Shown: positions 59,101-64,000 of the stretch, piece by piece
Position numbering within the stretch: position 1 is the stretch's first letter
Layout of the letters: every line of letters begins with the position of its first letter
Assembly: GCA_964016885.1 (NCBI GenBank)
Contig: OZ024747.1
Coordinates: 26,288,001-26,352,000 of the forward strand
Source of the DNA: Eledone cirrhosa
Lineage: Eukaryota
Reading direction: 5' to 3'
Length of the DNA stretch: 64,000 bases
The notes under the pieces: model-generated
Seen by the model: the letters and a program-made list of their open reading frames with translations, nothing else
Database searches by the model: none
Told to the model about the DNA's origin: nothing
Translations under genes and position numbers: made by a program

Positions 59101-59555
59101 CATGCATACATACAATATTTGTGTATAGAGAGAGTGAGACAAAGATATACACAGATAATTAGATATGTAATCCTTAATCATAGACAAATGTTCATATTTC
59201 GCTAAAATAATTCCATTTCGACGTCACAGAATATTATTATAATTAACTCATTTTCAGTTCTCTCCCTTTTGACCTTAACACTAATTTTGTTCTATTGTTT
59301 TAATACCCATACCCCCTTGGGAACGGTTCTTGTGCAAATAACATCGCACGGAATCTAGAGAAGCTGTCAGTTTAGTTTCTGAAATGGTTTCTCTGAAGAA
59401 AGGCGAATATAGTATATAGAGTGTACCGAGGTTAAGCATAGCTAATTGGTTAAGAGATACGTTTCGCAATCATGGTGCCATGGGTTTCATCCTATCATGC
59501 AGGTATCTGGGGTAAATATGGAGAAGGTCGGAGGATCGACTGTATCTACAATTCG

Positions 59556-60245
59556 TGAAGGCACATGGCTTAATGTTTAGGGTGTTCAGCTTATGGTCGT
59601 AAGGTTGAGAGATTGATTCCCGGACCGGTTGGGTCGTTGTATCCCTGAGGAAGACAATTTATTTCACCTTGCTTAGGTTCACTCAATTATTAAAAATGAG
59701 TCTTGCCTGTAATTTAAAGCAGTGGTCGCCAACCTATCGGATATCACGGTCCACTAAATTCATAATTCTAAATCCCGCGGACTACTAATATGAATTAATG
59801 GTCACTGGTTGAAACAATACTGAGGCATACGTGTGTCATATTGTCGATAGGTGATGCATATGTGTAAAATTCTTTCATGAATGTTAGTTCTTTACTGAGG
59901 AGAAACATTTTTTAGGAGGGGGTGGTTATAAAATATGTTTTAACCGAATATTATTTTTGTTTTATTATTAATAAAACATAAAAATTGCAAATAATGTCCA
60001 CATTTTTCTGCGGACCACAAAAATTTTCTCTCGGACCACCAGTGGTCCGGGAGCCACTGGTTGCCGTTCACTGATTTAAAGGACCAACTTTGTCAAACAT
60101 TGTGTGATGGTGGGTATCCCTTGTGAATTACCTTAAAGATACACACATCTATAGGATGATCAATCACACGTTAATTTCATGAGCAGGTTAATTCGTTGCT
60201 CGAACAATCGGAATATTCATCGTCGCAACCAACGGAGGGTCACAC
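59556..60245 (+). mobile_element. Family B SINE interrupted by a hAT MITE
   Basis: GTGAAGGCACATGGCTTA head; the sequence resumes collinearly after 60081. Confidence 0.7.
59720..60073. mobile_element. hAT-superfamily MITE with 8-bp TSD
   Basis: TIRs CAGTGGTCGCCAACC and GGTTGCCGTTCACTG. TSD ATTTAAAG at 59712-59719 and 60074-60081. Confidence 0.85.
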
Positions 60246-60316
60246 AATAATATGATATGTAGGTGTGCGTGCTAGTGTTTGTGGGTATGTGTGTATGTGA
60301 TGTTTGTTTTTATGAG

Positions 60317-60352
<36 letters not shown>

Positions 60353-61016
60353 TGTGTCTGTGTGTGTGTCTCAGTAGGCTTGTGTACGTGTGTGCGTTCT
60401 TGAGCAATAAAACTTATGCTGGAAGTTTATGATCTTCGTCAACCAAATTTTCAATGAAGTTTCGATTCTCAGCCTCATCCACAATACTCGCCATAAAACT
60501 ATTGAGATACTGCTTTGATCGTAGTTAGAATGGTGTCTGTGATTTGAGGAAGGTTTTGATGTTATATATAGTTGATCGAAATAACAGGTAGAAGTACCTT
60601 GCTGGTATATGAGTTACTGTTCCACCTTCCAGTGTTCACGGCTAGCATATCAGTCTTGCCTCAAGGATTGGTGAAATGTATTCCAGTAACATATTAGTAT
60701 TACAACGATAATATCTTATATCCAGCCTTGTCTTCAGCTCCTCAATTACTGATGGAGTCAGTGGAATGTTGCTCTAATCATATACATGATCTTCAAAGCT
60801 GACACAGAGCAACCCTCCGATTTATTCCAGGGTGAGAGAGGAATCAACCATCGATCTCGAAAGGATAAAAAAAAGGGATAGTTGACCATGCCTGAATTAG
60901 AACACGGGACACAGACTGCCGGAGCGAATAACGTAAAGCATAACGTAACGCTATAATGACTCTGCTAACTCACCTTCCTGCCGTTATTATTCCACTTCTC
61001 TCAATTATAGAAAATA

Positions 61017-61372
61017 CTAGACCACCCGAAGCCAGTTGGGTTATGTTCACTTAAAAATAATTTTTTAATAATTAGATATACACAGACATTCTCTTTCTCT
61101 GTCTCCTCTCCCTCTCTCTATGTCTCTCTTTCAATCTACTCTCTCACAACCACTATCTCTCTCTCTATATCCTCCTGTCTCTCTCTCTCTCTCTCTCTGT
61201 TTATGAAGGTACCCAGAAAACCCACATCTCGGGAACGCGTGCTTCGATTTACGCGAAACCATTTCAGGGGAACTTCCTTTCAAAGTATTTTCCCATTATG
61301 CGCCCTTTTGGTTGTATTACATTACAGACAAGCAAGCAAGCAAGTAATCACAGACTTTTAGTAATATATAGA
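61017..61372 (-). mobile_element. Non-autonomous Helitron
   Basis: Minus strand A|TCTATATATTACTAAAAG...subterminal hairpin ACCCAA-CTGGCT-TCGGGT...CTAG|T; AT target and no TSD. Confidence 0.7.
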
Positions 61373-61959
61373 TGTAGCTTTCTGGGATTTTTTAAGTAAA
61401 ACTATCCATCCAGCCATCCAGCCATCGACGAACCCTGAACTTCTGATAGTTGTAGGAGCACTGTCGTGACATAGACATGTCTTGGGCATTTTAAACTTGG
61501 CAGAACACATCCCTCTCCAAGTTTAAAGGCAGTCGATTTATACCGAAGGGGAGAGAGTGAGAGAGGAAGTGACAAAAAGAGATAGAGGAAAAATCGACCC
61601 TAGAAAAGTAGAAGCATTAATATTAAATAACCAGACTAAAAGAATTATTCAGAATTAGAATATTTACTTTATTCTTTCCGCTCTGATCGAATATTATATT
61701 CATCTATTAGATAATGCGAATATTATATTCATCTATTATATAATGCTTGCAATTAAAAGTCTATGCTGACCACATGCTGATCATCACACAAATACAAAAG
61801 CATTAAGTCTATGTTCAAGATATAATGAAAGAAGATATATCAAATGATTTGATTATAGCTTCTATATTGGGTGTAATTTATAACAAAACAGATATTTAGA
61901 TGCAAAACTCTATCGTTCTCTCCCTCGCTATTTCTCTCTTTCTCTCTTTATATATAGAT

Positions 61960-62020
<61 letters not shown>

Positions 62021-62103
62021 ACATAGAAATGGCTTCTACGGGAGTAGAACTGTTTCATTCGGAGGAAATCATCAGGTGGTTACATTCGATTGAACACGGG
62101 ATA

Positions 62104-62165
<62 letters not shown>

Positions 62166-62225
62166 TTGTAATAGAATGAAAACGAAATTTCATTTCTCAC
62201 TCTTAGTACGGCACTTACTTAAATG

Positions 62226-62772
62226 TAAGTATGTATGTATACGTACATACATATATGTATACAGACGTACAGTAGCATGCATATATATATATACATACAG
62301 GTACACATACATATATGTACGCATCAGTTTAGCGGACGCTTATTATAGCGCCCGCTTTGTTCGTTTGTAAACAAACTGAACAGCCTGAATTTATGCCGCA
62401 CGGTGTTAAGGCAACCACGTCACCTTTTTGTTCAACACTGACACAGGAACGATGTACTAGTTTCAAGCTTGTTAGCTATCATCAGCACCGTATACCCATC
62501 TGCCAGATAGTTGAACGTTCGAAAGTATATACTTTCCTTATGAAAATTAACGGCTAAGCAGCCTAATTTGCATATCGAGTGAGTTAAATCGGTCAGGCGC
62601 ACCGAAAACGATGAGTTGTAATAGAACAAAGCGGGCGCTATAATAAGCGTCCGCTAAACTGATGCGTACATATATGTATGTGTACCTGTATGTATATATA
62701 TATATATATATATATATGCATGCTACTGTATGTCTGTATACATATATGTATGTACGTATACATACATACTTA
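62226..62772. repeat. Inverted repeat (arms 62226-62362 and 62624-62772) around a 260-bp core, within (TA)n; related copy at 51633-51877 (-)
   Basis: The arms are reverse complements apart from internal (TA)n length. Homology with the 51.7-kb copy extends beyond the left arm to about 62184. Confidence 0.85.
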
Positions 62773-63053
62773 TATATATATATATATATCTTTTACTGGC
62801 TCCTGTCATTTGACTGCAGCTATGCTGGGACAAAGACAAAGACGTAATTTAATCGATGATATCTTTAAATAACAATAACATTACTCCTATCATTCTAACA
62901 TGAGTGAAATAGCTTTGGGATTCGCTATATTTCATGGTTTGTTCCTACAGTTTTCCATTATAGTCCGTTCAATACCCTAATCTTTGTTACCTTAACGAAC
63001 AAAATATTTATCCTCCCTCGTTTGATACCTGAAGTAAATTTAACGGTTTAATA

Positions 63054-63362
63054 CAGGGGTGTGCAACATATTCCATTGGTGGGCCACTTTTGAACATTGG
63101 AACAATTATTTGAACAATTAATATTTATTAAGCACTATTCCAAAGATTCACCACAACTTCTTTCCATAACATGGAACTGGGAAATTATAACACACATTAT
63201 AACCCTATCAGTGAAGCCTTTTAGTATAGGTCAACTAACAAAAAATTGTATTACAGTCACGAAAAAAATTTTAAATAAGCCTACAAGGTAAAAATTAAAA
63301 ACGGTCAAATCAAAATTAAACGGTCAGATTGTGACCCGCGGGTCGCCTGTTACACACCCCTG
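63054..63362. mobile_element. hAT-superfamily MITE with 8-bp TSD
   Basis: TIRs CAGGGGTGTGCAAC and GTTACACACCCCTG. TSD GTTTAATA at 63046-63053 and 63363-63370. Confidence 0.9.
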
Positions 63363-64000
63363 GTTTAATATATCTCGAATGCGGCAAATTGAAATAGTCG
63401 TTAGGACGTCGGGTTATGTTGCTTCGGTATTTGTTCTGGCTCTCTACACTAAGATGCTTTACATCCTTTCGGAGCTCGATAAATAAATACCAGTTCAGAG
63501 AGGAATTGTTGGAGATTCAGATGGGATGATTTACAGTAACTGATCCGGTTCTGTGTATACCTAATTCAAACCCTGTCTCATTCTGCCAGGTGCTGCAACT
63601 GACAGAAGTTATCAGCAACGGAAAGATCAATGGAAATTTTTAATCGTAATGCTTCAGACTATATTAATCTCCATGTATTTCATTTTTTTTTTCAGACTGT
63701 AGGGTGTGATTTTAGGGAAATTTGGCCCTCTATTTCTAGCACGTACAATTATTACTGGCTCAAAGTCCCTTATAGACATAGGGATGTAATGATCGTGAGT
63801 TCAGTATGTAAGATTCGAAAAGGAATGTTACCACATATCCATGTTGAGATTTATAGCTCATATTAGAATTTAAGCACTGGAACTACGCACTGACCAGTAA
63901 AAAAACATGGACAGTTCACCGCTGTGGAAAACATTTCAATGCAAAGGAAAGAAGTTAATCGTCAGCTCTAACCAAGGAAACTTCCATTGGTCTTTCTATT

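Overview
This is AT-rich, repeat-dominated animal genomic DNA, probably from an octopod cephalopod. That assignment is inferred from the tRNA-derived SINE families and the very dense (TA)n/(TG)n/(CA)n tracts, not from a database match. Nearly all ORFs in the supplied track are translations of simple repeats. One real gene, which the ORF track misses, is supported: a minus-strand cerebrin (mollusc PDF-like) neuropeptide precursor. Its two coding exons (37610-37518 and 30872-30735) splice in phase 0 to a 76-aa prepropeptide with predicted mature peptide [17 protein letters not shown]-amide. Bases 1-13.1 kb are G-poor tandem arrays, the first of which holds a Thr-rich stop-free frame of about 1300 codons. 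The rest contains SINEs, LINE (RTE, R4-like) and mariner relics, hAT and Tc1 MITEs, a Helitron and a truncated Naiad-type Penelope-like retroelement (PLE). The most striking non-genic pattern is a set of at least eight fold-back (inverted-duplication) modules from six unrelated sequence families embedded in (TA)n, together with about nine intact or near-intact type I hammerhead ribozyme motifs. I interpret these as a microsatellite-targeting, ribozyme-bearing PLE ecosystem around the neuropeptide gene.
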